In this document: piece by piece, positions 48,831 to 64,000 of the stretch
Position numbering within the stretch: the first letter of the stretch is position 1
How the letters are laid out: each line of letters opens with the position of its first letter
NCBI GenBank assembly: GCA_002269645.1
Contig: NIVC01000217.1
Location: 719,793 to 783,792 of the forward strand
Source of the DNA: Macrostomum lignano
Taxonomy: Eukaryota
DNA length: 64,000 nucleotides
Reading direction: 5' to 3'
Position numbers and translations under genes: made by a program
Notes under the pieces: generated by a model
Seen by the model: the letters and a program-made list of their open reading frames with translations, nothing else
Databases searched by the model: none
What the model was told of the DNA's origin: nothing

Positions 48831-49398
48831 ACACTTTTCCCTGTGACCCTATGTTATCAGTGATGACCCAAAACAAAGAAATGACGCACATCGTAGGGGA
48901 TACCCGACAGGCCACATCACAGATATGACACTCCAAAAAAATATATCCGACCAGAATATTTCGAAATATGACACATAAAAGTTTCGCAAAAAACTATAAA
49001 TTTTGCATTACATGCTACTAATAGTAGAAATGCGAAAATAATTCGATCGCAGCTCCAAAGGGTTTCAAATAAATCGCATTAGACACAAGTCCAGCTATTT
49101 TAGTTATATATATTATTTACTTGCAAATTTTATAATTATATTTTATGTGCATACGAATTTTAGTTATAATTAATAAGTTTTCAAATATTATATTATCTTT
49201 ACATGTTTCACATGTTAGAAAATAGTTATATTAGCATGTTGAAATAGTGCATTGGTAGGCAGTCACCGAATGGGCAAATGTACTCCTGCCGGCATGCGAC
49301 TTGGGCCGCTCAGCTGGGCCGGGCGGCTGCTGGGCTGCGGTGGGCGGCTGCTCAGCTGATCCGGGCTGTGACGCATCGGTCTGAGTAGAGAAATTGCA

Positions 49399-51096
49399 GT
49401 TATTGGTAGAGACAGGGCAGAATGGTAGAGACAGGGCAGAATGGTAGAGACAGGGCAGTATGGTAGAGACAGGGCAGAATGGTAGAGACAGGGCAGAATG
49501 GTAGAGACAGGGCAGAATGGTAGAGACAGGGCAGTTATTGGTAGAGACAGGGCAGAATGGTAGAGACAGGGCAGAATGGTAGAGACAGGGCAGAATGGTA
49601 GAGACAGGGCAGAATGGTAGAGACAGGGCAGTTATTGGTAGAGACAGGGCAGAATGGTAGAGACAGGGCAGTTATTGGTAGAGAAAGGGCAGAATGGTAG
49701 AGACAGGGCAGAATGGTAGAGACAGGGCAGAATGGTAGAGACAGGGCAGTTATTGGTAGAGACAGGGCAGAATGGTAGAGACAGGGCAGAATGGTAGAGA
49801 CAGGGCAGAATGGTAGAGACAGGGCAGAATGGTAGAGACAGGGCAGTTATTGGTAGAGACAGGGCAGAATGGTAGAGACAGGGCAGTTATTGGTAGAGAA
49901 AGGGCAGAATGGTAGAGACAGGGCAGAATGGTAGAGACAGGGCAGTATGGTAGAGACAGGGCAGTATGGTAGAGACAGGGCAGAATGGTAGAGACAGGGC
50001 AGAATGGTAGAGACAGGGCAGAATGGTAGAGACAGGGCAGTATGGTAGAAACAGGGCAGTATGGTAGAGACAGGGCAGAATGGTAGAGACAGGGCAGAAT
50101 GGTAGAGACAGGGCAGAATGGTAGAGACAGGGCAGAATGGTAGAGACAGGGCAGAATGGTAGAGACAGGGTAGAATGGTAGAGACAGGGCAGAATGGTAG
50201 AGACAGGGTAGAATGGTAGAGACAGGGCAGAATGGTAGAGACAGGGCAGTTATTGGTAGAGAAAGGGCAGAATGGTAGAGACAGGGCAGAATGGTAGAGA
50301 CAGGGCAGTATGGTAGAGACAGGGCAGTATGGTAGAGACAGGGCAGAATGGTAGAGACAGGGCAGAATGGTAGAGACAGGGCAGAATGGTAGAGACAGGG
50401 CAGAATGGTAGAGACAGGGCAGAATGGTAGAGACAGGGCAGAATGGTAGAGACAGGGTAGAATGGTAGAGACAGGGCAGAATGGTAGAGACAGGGTAGAA
50501 TGGTAGAGACAGGGCAGAATGGTAGAGACAGGGTAGAATGGTAGAGACATGGTAGAATGGTAGAGACAGGGTAGAATGGTAGAGACAGGGCAGTATGGTA
50601 GAAACAGGGCAGTATGGTAGACACAGGGCAGAATGGTAGAGACAGGGCAGAATGGTAGAGACAGGGCAGAATGGTAGAGACAGGGCAGAATGGTAGAGAC
50701 AGGGCAGAATGGTAGAGACAGGGCAGAATGGTAGAGACAGGGCAGTATGGTAGAAACAGGGCAGTATGGTAGAGACAGGGCAGAATGGTAGAGACAGGGC
50801 AGAATGGTAGAGACAGGGCAGAATGGTAGAGACAGGGCAGAATGGTAGAGACAGGGCAGAATGGTAGAGAAAGGGCAGAATGGTAGAGACAGGGCAGAAT
50901 GGTAGAGACAGGGTAGAATGGTAGAGACAGGGCAGAATGGTAGAGACAGGGTAGAATGGTAGAGACAGGGCAGAATGGTAGAGACAGGGTAGAATGGTAG
51001 AGACAGGGTAGAATGGTAGAGACAGGGTAGAATGGTAGAGACAGGGTAGAATGGTAGAGACAGGGTAGAATGGTAGAGACAGGGCAGTTATTGGTA
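49399..51096. repeat. 19-bp minisatellite (GGTAGAGACAGGGCAGAAT)n with 21-bp variants
   Basis: About 88 units visible. Confidence 0.97.
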
Positions 51097-52394
51097 AAAA
51101 TATTGCTCTTCACCTTCACTTACCATTAACTGGAATCGATCAGACGCGGCGAGCTCTTTCTCAAACGACTTTTGCCGCTTAGCGACGTCATAGCATTTGC
51201 CTTTGCGGCTTATCAGCTGTTTTATGAACTCCAATTGTTTGGACATTTGGGTTAATTTATTGAAAAAATGAAATTAATTGACAAATAGAAATCTGGCTTT
51301 TTGAAAGGCCAACTGAAGTCCCATTTTATATGAAGCGGCAGTTTGACATCAACAAGTTCACTCTAATTTTCATTGGTTCGGAATGGGGTGGTCAAAATAT
51401 TTCACGTTCATAGTACGTGTCAAATCCACTATGCTTTTAGACTCAAAGGGGTGGACTGCTTCATTTCAGTAGTGACTCATTTTGACACCAAATTACTTTG
51501 ATTCAAAATGAAACATGCGCATTAACCAGCATGAAACATACATTAGGTACAATATGCCCCACTCACATTCACAGCCTCATTCACAGCCTCATTCACTGCC
51601 TCATTCACAGCCTCACAGCCAGACTCACTGATCGACCCTAATCCAGTTTGGGTTTCGAATACTCAGTTATTTCTGCATTTTCAATTCATTGAGTAGCTCT
51701 GTGAGATCCGCTGCTGTCAATATACAGTGGGCAGTGGATAAAAAATAAATGACACACAATGAATTGGATAGGAATTAAATGAATGATGCAAAATAGAAAT
51801 TCGAGAAATAGATTAAATATGCAAGAAAAAGACGTATATGCTCAAAAATTAGGATGAAGTCAGTCATCAACAAATCAAAGAGTAGATAAAATTTCTCTTT
51901 GGTGACTAAATAAAGTTTACAATTTTACATATTTGGAACTGCTTGACACTATTCTTTACGATAATGGCGCAATCATAAGTTTGGTGCAACAAATTTGCTT
52001 AGATAGGTGTCTTCCACCATGAACCACCCATCACTGTCACCGAGCATTGCGCAATCTTGAGCATACCCAGAGCACGTATTTGCTTTTAAGCAATCGTGAG
52101 AACTGCGATTCTTATCTTTACTCAAAATCCAGCTACAGTGGAAAGATCGAGAAAAGCGCGAAACACACCTCCAAACAAACCGCTGTGCATAATACAAAAC
52201 AATATATAGATAAAAAGTGGAACGCTCACAGCAGGTGACCAAACCAAAAGTAAAAGCAAAGCCCAATTGTATTTTGATAAAAAGCCATTACTAAAGAAGC
52301 TGGCGAAATATTTCTGAGCTAACCTGTCAATATCAAGTATAAGTTAAAATGTACGAGCGCAGTAAATTCAAACATGGATTTAAACTATAGCGGC

Positions 52395-55300
52395 GCTGTC
52401 AATATATAGAATTAAATGGAGAGCTTAGAAATGACACTCAATGGGGCTGATATACACAGGTGCAAAGATGACGCAGAGCCCGCTACTCTCAGCATCTCTA
52501 ACTAGCCCTGTCGCTGTCAATATATAGAATTAAATGGAGAGCTTAGAAATGACACTCAATGGGGCTGATATACACAGGTGCAAAGATGACGCAGAGCCCG
52601 CTACTCTCAGCATCTCTAACTAGCCCTGTCGCTGTCAATATATAGAATTAAATGGAGAGCTTAGAAATGACACTCAATGGGGCTGATATACACAGGTGCA
52701 AAGATGACGCAGAGCCCGCTACTCTCAGCATCTCTAACTAGCCCTGTCGCTGTCAATATATAGAATTAAATGGAGAGCTTAGAAATGACACTCAATGGGG
52801 CTGATATACACAGGTGCAAAGATGACGCAGAGCCCGCTACTCTCAGCATCTCTAACTAGCCCTGTCGCTGTCAATATATAGAATTAAATGGAGAGCTTAG
52901 AAATGACACTCAATGGGGCTGATATACACAGGTGCAAAGATGACGCAGAGCCCGCTACTCTCAGCATCTCTAACTAGCCCTGTCGCTGTCAATATATAGA
53001 ATTAAATGGAGAGCTTAGAAATGACACTCAATGGGCTGATATACACAGGTGCAAAGATGACGCAGAGCCCGCTACTCTCAGCATCTCTAACTAGCCCTGT
53101 CGCTGTCAATATATAGAATTAAATGGAGAGCTTAGAAATGACACTCAATGGGGCTGATATACACAGGTGCAAAGATGACGCAGAGCCCGCTACTCTCAGC
53201 ATCTCTAACTAGCCCTGTCGCTGTCAATATATAGAATTAAATGGAGAGCTTAGAAATGACACTCAATGGGGCTGATATACACAGGTGCAAAGATGACGCA
53301 GAGCCCGCTACTCTCAGCATCTCTAACTAGCCCTGTCGCTGTCAATATATAGAATTAAATGGAGAGCTTAGAAATGACACTCAATGGGGCTGATATACAC
53401 AGGTGCAAAGATGACGCAGAGCCCGCTACTCTCAGCATCTCTAACTAGCCCTGTCGCTGTCAATATATAGAATTAAATGGAGAGCTTAGAAATGACACTC
53501 AATGGGGCTGATATACACAGGTGCAAAGATGACGCAGAGCCCGCTACTCTCAGCATCTCTAACTAGCCCTGTCGCTGTCAATATATAGAATTAAATGGAG
53601 AGCTTAGAAATGACACTCAATGGGGCTGATATACACAGGTGCAAAGATGACGCAGAGCCCGCTACTCTCAGCATCTCTAACTAGCCCTGTCGCTGTCAAT
53701 ATATAGAATTAAATGGAGAGCTTAGAAATGACACTCAATGGGGCTGATATACACAGGTGCAAAGATGACGCAGAGCCCGCTACTCTCAGCATCTCTAACT
53801 AGCCCTGTCGCTGTCAATATATAGAATTAAATGGAGAGCTTAGAAATGACACTCAATGGGGCTGATATACACAGGTGCAAAGATGACGCAGAGCCCGCTA
53901 CTCTCAGCATCTCTAACTAGCCCTGTCGCTGTCAATATATAGAATTAAATGGAGAGCTTAGAAATGACACTCAATGGGGCTGATATACACAGGTGCAAAG
54001 ATGACGCAGAGCCCGCTACTCTCAGCATCTCTAACTAGCCCTGTCGCTGTCAATATATAGAATTAAATGGAGAGCTTAGAAATGACACTCAATGGGGCTG
54101 ATATACACAGGTGCAAAGATGACGCAGAGCCCGCTACTCTCAGCATCTCTAACTAGCCCTGTCGCTGTCAATATATAGAATTAAATGGAGAGCTTAGAAA
54201 TGACACTCAATGGGGCTGATATACACAGGTGCAAAGATGACGCAGAGCCCGCTACTCTCAGCATCTCTAACTAGCCCTGTCGCTGTCAATATATAGAATT
54301 AAATGGAGAGCTTAGAAATGACACTCAATGGGGCTGATATACACAGGTGCAAAGATGACGCAGAGCCCGCTACTCTCAGCATCTCTAACTAGCCCTGTCG
54401 CTGTCAATATATAGAATTAAATGGAGAGCTTAGAAATGACACTCAATGGGGCTGATATACACAGGTGCAAAGATGACGCAGAGCCCGCTACTCTCAGCAT
54501 CTCTAACTAGCCCTGTCGCTGTCAATATATAGAATTAAATGGAGAGCTTAGAAATGACACTCAATGGGGCTGATATACACAGGTGCAAAGATGACGCAGA
54601 GCCCGCTACTCTCAGCATCTCTAACTAGCCCTGTCGCTGTCAATATATAGAATTAAATGGAGAGCTTAGAAATGACACTCAATGGGGCTGATATACACAG
54701 GTGCAAAGATGACGCAGAGCCCGCTACTCTCAGCATCTCTAACTAGCCCTGTCGCTGTCAATATATAGAATTAAATGGAGAGCTTAGAAATGACACTCAA
54801 TGGGGCTGATATACACAGGTGCAAAGATGACGCAGAGCCCGCTACTCTCAGCATCTCTAACTAGCCCTGTCGCTGTCAATATATAGAATTAAATGGAGAG
54901 CTTAGAAATGACACTCAATGGGGCTGATATACACAGGTGCAAAGATGACGCAGAGCCGCTACTCTCAGCATCTCTAACTAGCCCTGTCGCTGTCAATATA
55001 TAGAATTAAATGGAGAGCTTAGAAATGACACTCAATGGGGCTGATATACACAGGTGCAAAGATGACGCAGAGCCCGCTACTCTCAGCATCTCTAACTAGC
55101 CCTGTCGCTGTCAATATATAGAATTAAATGGAGAGCTTAGAAATGACACTCAATGGGGCTGATATACACAGGTGCAAAGATGACGCAGAGCCCGCTACTC
55201 TCAGCATCTCTAACTAGCCCTGTCGCTGTCAATATATAGAATTAAATGGAGAGCTTAGAAATGACACTCAATGGGGCTGATATACACAGGTGCAAAGATG

Positions 55301-58300
55301 ACGCAGAGCCCGCTACTCTCAGCATCTCTAACTAGCCCTGTCGCTGTCAATATATAGAATTAAATGGAGAGCTTAGAAATGACACTCAATGGGGCTGATA
55401 TACACAGGTGCAAAGATGACGCAGAGCCCGCTACTCTCAGCATCTCTAACTAGCCCTGTCGCTGTCAATATATAGAATTAAATGGAGAGCTTAGAAATGA
55501 CACTCAATGGGGCTGATATACACAGGTGCAAAGATGACGCAGAGCCCGCTACTCTCAGCATCTCTAACTAGCCCTGTCGCTGTCAATATATAGAATTAAA
55601 TGGAGAGCTTAGAAATGACACTCAATGGGGCTGATATACACAGGTGCAAAGATGACGCAGAGCCCGCTACTCTCAGCATCTCTAACTAGCCCTGTCGCTG
55701 TCAATATATAGAATTAAATGGAGAGCTTAGAAATGACACTCAATGGGGCTGATATACACAGGTGCAAAGATGACGCAGAGCCCGCTACTCTCAGCATCTC
55801 TAACTAGCCCTGTCGCTGTCAATATATAGAATTAAATGGAGAGCTTAGAAATGACACTCAATGGGGCTGATATACACAGGTGCAAAGATGACGCAGAGCC
55901 CGCTACTCTCAGCATCTCTAACTAGCCCTGTCGCTGTCAATATATAGAATTAAATGGAGAGCTTAGAAATGACACTCAATGGGCTGATATACACAGGTGC
56001 AAAGATGACGCAGAGCCCGCTACTCTCAGCATCTCTAACTAGCCCTGTCGCTGTCAATATATAGAATTAAATGGAGAGCTTAGAAATGACACTCAATGGG
56101 GCTGATATACACAGGTGCAAAGATGACGCAGAGCCCGCTACTCTCAGCATCTCTAACTAGCCCTGTCGCTGTCAATATATAGAATTAAATGGAGAGCTTA
56201 GAAATGACACTCAATGGGGCTGATATACACAGGTGCAAAGATGACGCAGAGCCCGCTACTCTCAGCATCTCTAACTAGCCCTGTCGCTGTCAATATATAG
56301 AATTAAATGGAGAGCTTAGAAATGACACTCAATGGGGCTGATATACACAGGTGCAAAGATGACGCAGAGCCCGCTACTCTCAGCATCTCTAACTAGCCCT
56401 GTCGCTGTCAATATATAGAATTAAATGGAGAGCTTAGAAATGACACTCAATGGGGCTGATATACACAGGTGCAAAGATGACGCAGAGCCCGCTACTCTCA
56501 GCATCTCTAACTAGCCCTGTCGCTGTCAATATATAGAATTAAATGGAGAGCTTAGAAATGACACTCAATGGGGCTGATATACACAGGTGCAAAGATGACG
56601 CAGAGCCCGCTACTCTCAGCATCTCTAACTAGCCCTGTCGCTGTCAATATATAGAATTAAATGGAGAGCTTAGAAATGACACTCAATGGGGCTGATATAC
56701 ACAGGTGCAAAGATGACGCAGAGCCCGCTACTCTCAGCATCTCTAACTAGCCCTGTCGCTGTCAATATATAGAATTAAATGGAGAGCTTAGAAATGACAC
56801 TCAATGGGCTGATATACACAGGTGCAAAGATGACGCAGAGCCCGCTACTCTCAGCATCTCTAACTAGCCCTGTCGCTGTCAATATATAGAATTAAATGGA
56901 GAGCTTAGAAATGACACTCAATGGGGCTGATATACACAGGTGCAAAGATGACGCAGAGCCCGCTACTCTCAGCATCTCTAACTAGCCCTGTCGCTGTCAA
57001 TATATAGAATTAAATGGAGAGCTTAGAAATGACACTCAATGGGGCTGATATACACAGGTGCAAAGATGACGCAGAGCCCGCTACTCTCAGCATCTCTAAC
57101 TAGCCCTGTCGCTGTCAATATATAGAATTAAATGGAGAGCTTAGAAATGACACTCAATGGGGCTGATATACACAGGTGCAAAGATGACGCAGAGCCCGCT
57201 ACTCTCAGCATCTCTAACTAGCCCTGTCGCTGTCAATATATAGAATTAAATGGAGAGCTTAGAAATGACACTCAATGGGGCTGATATACACAGGTGCAAA
57301 GATGACGCAGAGCCCGCTACTCTCAGCATCTCTAACTAGCCCTGTCGCTGTCAATATATAGAATTAAATGGAGAGCTTAGAAATGACACTCAATGGGGCT
57401 GATATACACAGGTGCAAAGATGACGCAGAGCCCGCTACTCTCAGCATCTCTAACTAGCCCTGTCGCTGTCAATATATAGAATTAAATGGAGAGCTTAGAA
57501 ATGACACTCAATGGGGCTGATATACACAGGTGCAAAGATGACGCAGAGCCCGCTACTCTCAGCATCTCTAACTAGCCCTGTCGCTGTCAATATATAGAAT
57601 TAAATGGAGAGCTTAGAAATGACACTCAATGGGCTGATATACACAGGTGCAAAGATGACGCAGAGCCCGCTACTCTCAGCATCTCTAACTAGCCCTGTCG
57701 CTGTCAATATATAGAATTAAATGGAGAGCTTAGAAATGACACTCAATGGGGCTGATATACACAGGTGCAAAGATGACGCAGAGCCCGCTACTCTCAGCAT
57801 CTCTAACTAGCCCTGTCGCTGTCAATATATAGAATTAAATGGAGAGCTTAGAAATGACACTCAATGGGGCTGATATACACAGGTGCAAAGATGACGCAGA
57901 GCCCGCTACTCTCAGCATCTCTAACTAGCCCTGTCGCTGTCAATATATAGAATTAAATGGAGAGCTTAGAAATGACACTCAATGGGGCTGATATACACAG
58001 GTGCAAAGATGACGCAGAGCCCGCTACTCTCAGCATCTCTAACTAGCCCTGTCGCTGTCAATATATAGAATTAAATGGAGAGCTTAGAAATGACACTCAA
58101 TGGGGCTGATATACACAGGTGCAAAGATGACGCAGAGCCCGCTACTCTCAGCATCTCTAACTAGCCCTGTCGCTGTCAATATATAGAATTAAATGGAGAG
58201 CTTAGAAATGACACTCAATGGGGCTGATATACACAGGTGCAAAGATGACGCAGAGCCCGCTACTCTCAGCATCTCTAACTAGCCCTGTCGCTGTCAATAT

Positions 58301-61300
58301 ATAGAATTAAATGGAGAGCTTAGAAATGACACTCAATGGGGCTGATATACACAGGTGCAAAGATGACGCAGAGCCCGCTACTCTCAGCATCTTAACTAGC
58401 CCTGTCGCTGTCAATATATAGAATTAAATGGAGAGCTTAGAAATGACACTCAATGGGGCTGATATGCACAGGTGCAAAGATGACGCAGAGCCCGCTACTC
58501 TCAGCATCTCTAACTAGCCCTGTCGCTGTCAATAATAGAATTAAATGGAGAGCTTAGAAATGACACTCAATGGGCTGATATACACAGGTGCAAAGATGAC
58601 GCAGAGCCCGCTACTCTCAGCATCTCTAACTAGCCCTGTCGCTGTCAATATATATTAAATGGAGAGCTTAGAAATGACACTCAATGGGGCTGATATACAC
58701 AGGTGCAAAGATGACGCAGAGCCCGCTCCTCTCAGCATCTCTAACTAGCCCTGTCGCTGTCAATATATAGAATTAAATGGAGAGCTTAGAAATGACACTC
58801 AATGGGCTGATATACACAGGTGCAATGATGACGCAGAGCCCGCTACACTCAGCATCTCTAACTAGCCCTGTCGCTGTCAATATATAGAATTAAATGGAGA
58901 GCTTAGAAATGACACTCAATGGGGCTGATATACACAGGTGCAAAGATGACGCAGAGCCCGCTCTCTCAGCATCTCTAACTAGCCCTGTCGCTGTCAATAT
59001 ATAGAATTAAATGGAGAGCTTAGAAATGACACTCAATGGGCTGATATACACAGGTGCAAAATGACGCAGAGCCCGCTACTCTCAGCATCTCTAACTAGCC
59101 CTGTCGCTGTCAATATATAAATTAAATGGAGAGCTTAGAAATGACACCAATGGGCTGATATACACAGGTGCAAAGATGACGCAGAGCCCGCTCCTCTCAG
59201 CATCTCTAACTAGCCCTGTCGCTGTCAATATAATAGAATTAAATGGAGAGCTTAGAAATGACACTCAATGGGCTGATATACACAGGTGCAAAGATGACGC
59301 AGAGCCCGCTACTCTCAGCATCTCTAACTAGCCCTGTCGCTGTCAATATATAGAATTAAATGGAGAGCTTAGAAATGACACTCAATGGGGCTGATATACA
59401 CAGGTGCAAAGATGACGCAGAGCCCGCTACTCAGCATCTCTAACTAGCCCTGTCGCTGTCAATATATAGAATTAAATGGAGAGCTTAGAAATGACACTCA
59501 ATGGGCTGATAACACAGGTGCAAAGATGACGCAGAGCCCGCTACTCTCAGCATCTCTAACATACACTGTCGCTGTCAATATAGAATTAAATGGAGAGCTT
59601 AGAAATGACACTCAATGGCTGATATACACAGGTGCAAAGATACGCAGAGCCCGCTACTCTCAGCATCTCTAACTACCCTGTCGCTGTCAATATATAGAAT
59701 TAAATGGAGAGCTTAGAAATACACTCAATGGGGCTGATATACACAGTCAAAGATGACGCAGAGCCCGCTCCTCTAGCATCTCTAACTACCCTGTCGCTGT
59801 CAATATATAGAATAAATGGAGAGCTTAGAAATGACACTCAATGGGGCTGATATACACAGTGCAAAGATGACGCAGAGCCCGCTACTCTCAGCACTCTAAC
59901 TAGCCCTGTCCGTCATATATAGAATTAAATGGAGAGCTTAGAAATGACACTCAATGGGCTGATATACACAGTGCAAAGATACGCAGAGCCCGCTACTCTC
60001 AGCATCTCTAACTAGCCCTGTCGCTGTCAATATATAGAATTAAATGGAGAGCTTAGAAATGACACTCAATGGGGCTGATATACACAGGTGCAAAGATGAC
60101 GCAGAGCCCGCTACTCTCAGCATCTCTAACTAGCCCTGTCGCTGTCAATATATAGAATTAAATGGAGAGCTTAGAAATGACACTCAATGGGGCTGATATA
60201 CACAGGTGCAAAGATGACGCAGAGCCCGCTACTCTCAGCATCTCTAACTAGCCCTGTCGCTGTCAATATATAGAATTAAATGGAGAGCTTAGAAATGACA
60301 CTCAATGGGGCTGATATACACAGGTGCAAAGATGACGCAGAGCCCGCTACTCTCAGCATCTCTAACTAGCCCTGTCGCTGTCAATATATAGAATTAAATG
60401 GAGAGCTTAGAAATGACACTCAATGGGGCTGATATACACAGGTGCAAAGATGACGCAGAGCCCGCTACTCTCAGCATCTCTAACTAGCCCTGTCGCTGTC
60501 AATATATAGAATTAAATGGAGAGCTTAGAAATGACACTCAATGGGGCTGATATACACAGGTGCAAAGATGACGCAGAGCCCGCTACTCTCAGCATCTCTA
60601 ACTAGCCCTGTCGCTGTCAATATATAGAATTAAATGGAGAGCTTAGAAATGACACTCAATGGGGCTGATATACACAGGTGCAAAGATGACGCAGAGCCCG
60701 CTACTCTCAGCATCTCTAACTAGCCCTGTCGCTGTCAATATATAGAATTAAATGGAGAGCTTAGAAATGACACTCAATGGGGCTGATATACACAGGTGCA
60801 AAGATGACGCAGAGCCCGCTACTCTCAGCATCTCTAACTAGCCCTGTCGCTGTCAATATATAGAATTAAATGGAGAGCTTAGAAATGACACTCAATGGGG
60901 CTGATATACACAGGTGCAAAGATGACGCAGAGCCCGCTACTCTCAGCATCTCTAACTAGCCCTGTCGCTGTCAATATATAGAATTAAATGGAGAGCTTAG
61001 AAATGACACTCAATGGGGCTGATATACACAGGTGCAAAGATGACGCAGAGCCCGCTACTCTCAGCATCTCTAACTAGCCCTGTCGCTGTCAATATATAGA
61101 ATTAAATGGAGAGCTTAGAAATGACACTCAATGGGGCTGATATACACAGGTGCAAAGATGACGCAGAGCCCGCTACTCTCAGCATCTCTAACTAGCCCTG
61201 TCGCTGTCAATATATAGAATTAAATGGAGAGCTTAGAAATGACACTCAATGGGGCTGATATACACAGGTGCAAAGATGACGCAGAGCCCGCTACTCTCAG

Positions 61301-64000
61301 CATCTCTAACTAGCCCTGTCGCTGTCAATATATAGAATTAAATGGAGAGCTTAGAAATGACACTCAATGGGGCTGATATACACAGGTGCAAAGATGACGC
61401 AGAGCCCGCTACTCTCAGCATCTCTAACTAGCCCTGTCGCTGTCAATATATAGAATTAAATGGAGAGCTTAGAAATGACACTCAATGGGCTGATATACAC
61501 AGGTGCAAAGATGACGCAGAGCCCGCTACTCTCAGCATCTCTAACTAGCCCTGTCGCTGTCAATATATAGAATTAAATGGAGAGCTTAGAAATGACACTC
61601 AATGGGGCTGATATACACAGGTGCAAAGATGACGCAGAGCCCGCTACTCTCAGCATCTCTAACTAGCCCTGTCGCTGTCAATATATAGAATTAAATGGAG
61701 AGCTTAGAAATGACACTCAATGGGGCTGATATACACAGGTGCAAAGATGACGCAGAGCCCGCTACTCTCAGCATCTCTAACTAGCCCTGTCGCTGTCAAT
61801 ATATAGAATTAAATGGAGAGCTTAGAAATGACACTCAATGGGGCTGATATACACAGGTGCAAAGATGACGCAGAGCCCGCTACTCTCAGCATCTCTAACT
61901 AGCCCTGTCGCTGTCAATATATAGAATTAAATGGAGAGCTTAGAAATGACACTCAATGGGGCTGATATACACAGGTGCAAAGATGACGCAGAGCCCGCTA
62001 CTCTCAGCATCTCTAACTAGCCCTGTCGCTGTCAATATATAGAATTAAATGGAGAGCTTAGAAATGACACTCAATGGGGCTGATATACACAGGTGCAAAG
62101 ATGACGCAGAGCCCGCTACTCTCAGCATCTCTAACTAGCCCTGTCGCTGTCAATATATAGAATTAAATGGAGAGCTTAGAAATGACACTCAATGGGCTGA
62201 TATACACAGGTGCAAAGATGACGCAGAGCCCGCTACTCTCAGCATCTCTAACTAGCCCTGTCGCTGTCAATATATAGAATTAAATGGAGAGCTTAGAAAT
62301 GACACTCAATGGGGCTGATATACACAGGTGCAAAGATGACGCAGAGCCCGCTACTCTCAGCATCTCTAACTAGCCCTGTCGCTGTCAATATATAGAATTA
62401 AATGGAGAGCTTAGAAATGACACTCAATGGGGCTGATATACACAGGTGCAAAGATGACGCAGAGCCCGCTACTCTCAGCATCTCTAACTAGCCCTGTCGC
62501 TGTCAATATATAGAATTAAATGGAGAGCTTAGAAATGACACTCAATGGGGCTGATATACACAGGTGCAAAGATGACGCAGAGCCCGCTACTCTCAGCATC
62601 TCTAACTAGCCCTGTCGCTGTCAATATATAGAATTAAATGGAGAGCTTAGAAATGACACTCAATGGGGCTGATATACACAGGTGCAAAGATGACGCAGAG
62701 CCCGCTACTCTCAGCATCTCTAACTAGCCCTGTCGCTGTCAATATATAGAATTAAATGGAGAGCTTAGAAATGACACTCAATGGGGCTGATATACACAGG
62801 TGCAAAGATGACGCAGAGCCCGCTACTCTCAGCATCTCTAACTAGCCCTGTCGCTGTCAATATATAGAATTAAATGGAGAGCTTAGAAATGACACTCAAT
62901 GGGGCTGATATACACAGGTGCAAAGATGACGCAGAGCCCGCTACTCTCAGCATCTCTAACTAGCCCTGTCGCTGTCAATATATAGAATTAAATGGAGAGC
63001 TTAGAAATGACACTCAATGGGGCTGATATACACAGGTGCAAAGATGACGCAGAGCCCGCTACTCTCAGCATCTCTAACTAGCCCTGTCGCTGTCAATATA
63101 TAGAATTAAATGGAGAGCTTAGAAATGACACTCAATGGGGCTGATATACACAGGTGCAAAGATGACGCAGAGCCCGCTACTCTCAGCATCTCTAACTAGC
63201 CCTGTCGCTGTCAATATATAGAATTAAATGGAGAGCTTAGAAATGACACTCAATGGGGCTGATATACACAGGTGCAAAGATGACGCAGAGCCCGCTACTC
63301 TCAGCATCTCTAACTAGCCCTGTCGCTGTCAATATATAGAATTAAATGGAGAGCTTAGAAATGACACTCAATGGGGCTGATATACACAGGTGCAAAGATG
63401 ACGCAGAGCCCGCTACTCTCAGCATCTCTAACTAGCCCTGTCGCTGTCAATATATAGAATTAAATGGAGAGCTTAGAAATGACACTCAATGGGCTGATAT
63501 ACACAGGTGCAAAGATGACGCAGAGCCCGCTACTCTCAGCATCTCTAACTAGCCCTGTCGCTGTCAATATATAGAATTAAATGGAGAGCTTAGAAATGAC
63601 ACTCAATGGGCTGATATACACAGGTGCAAAGATGACGCAGAGCCCGCTACTCTCAGCATCTCTAACTAGCCCTGTCGCTGTCAATATATAGAATTAAATG
63701 GAGAGCTTAGAAATGACACTCAATGGGCTGATATACACAGGTGCAAAGATGACGCAGAGCCCGCTACTCTCAGCATCTCTAACTAGCCCTGTCGCTGTCA
63801 ATATATAGAATTAAATGGAGAGCTTAGAAATGACACTCAATGGGGCTGATATACACAGGTGCAAAGATGACGCAGAGCCCGCTACTCTCAGCATCTCTAA
63901 CTAGCCCTGTCGCTGTCAATATATAGAATTAAATGGAGAGCTTAGAAATGACACTCAATGGGCTGATATACACAGGTGCAAAGATGACGCAGAGACGCTA
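52395..64000. repeat. 118-bp satellite, about 98 copies, runs to window end
   Basis: Period 118 (52395, 52513, 52631...); units near-identical except for a more error-rich patch ~58380-59990. Confidence 0.99.

Noticed and set aside
51973-52330. Possible hAT dimerisation remnant (ILSIP, ATVERS)
   Set aside because: Only two short motifs among stops; insufficient.
52395-64000. CRISPR-like or RNA-gene tandem array
   Set aside because: No unique spacers; the unit does not resemble 5S, tRNA or snRNA sequences that I recognise.

Overview
Eukaryotic, repeat-saturated genomic DNA, mostly transposable elements and satellites. The 28S 5' sequence TGACCTCGGATCAGACGTGATTACCCGCTGAA suggests a flatworm, possibly Macrostomum-like (inference). 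Mobile DNA: an intact BEL/Pao LTR retrotransposon with identical LTRs; a disrupted Ty3/Gypsy element; a full-length Loa/R1-group LINE with RNase H, flanked by a perfect 270-bp direct repeat of a Crypton-type tyrosine-recombinase relic; a Ngaro-like tyrosine-recombinase retrotransposon enclosed in Helentron/HINE-like termini; an R2-like RT relic split by a solo LTR and followed by the 28S R2 target half-site; plus Gypsy, Tc1 and P-element relics. Host-like genes, mostly missed or broken in the ORF track, all look extracellular: a PAN/Apple+LamG protein with an inverted decayed paralog, a 71-aa 8-Cys defensin-like prepeptide, a WSC-domain gene and a Cys-rich-repeat+VOMI gene. A dispersed 28S 5' fragment has an A-rich tail. 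The last 11.6 kb is a very homogeneous 118-bp satellite. All domain calls are from motif recognition by eye; no searches were run.
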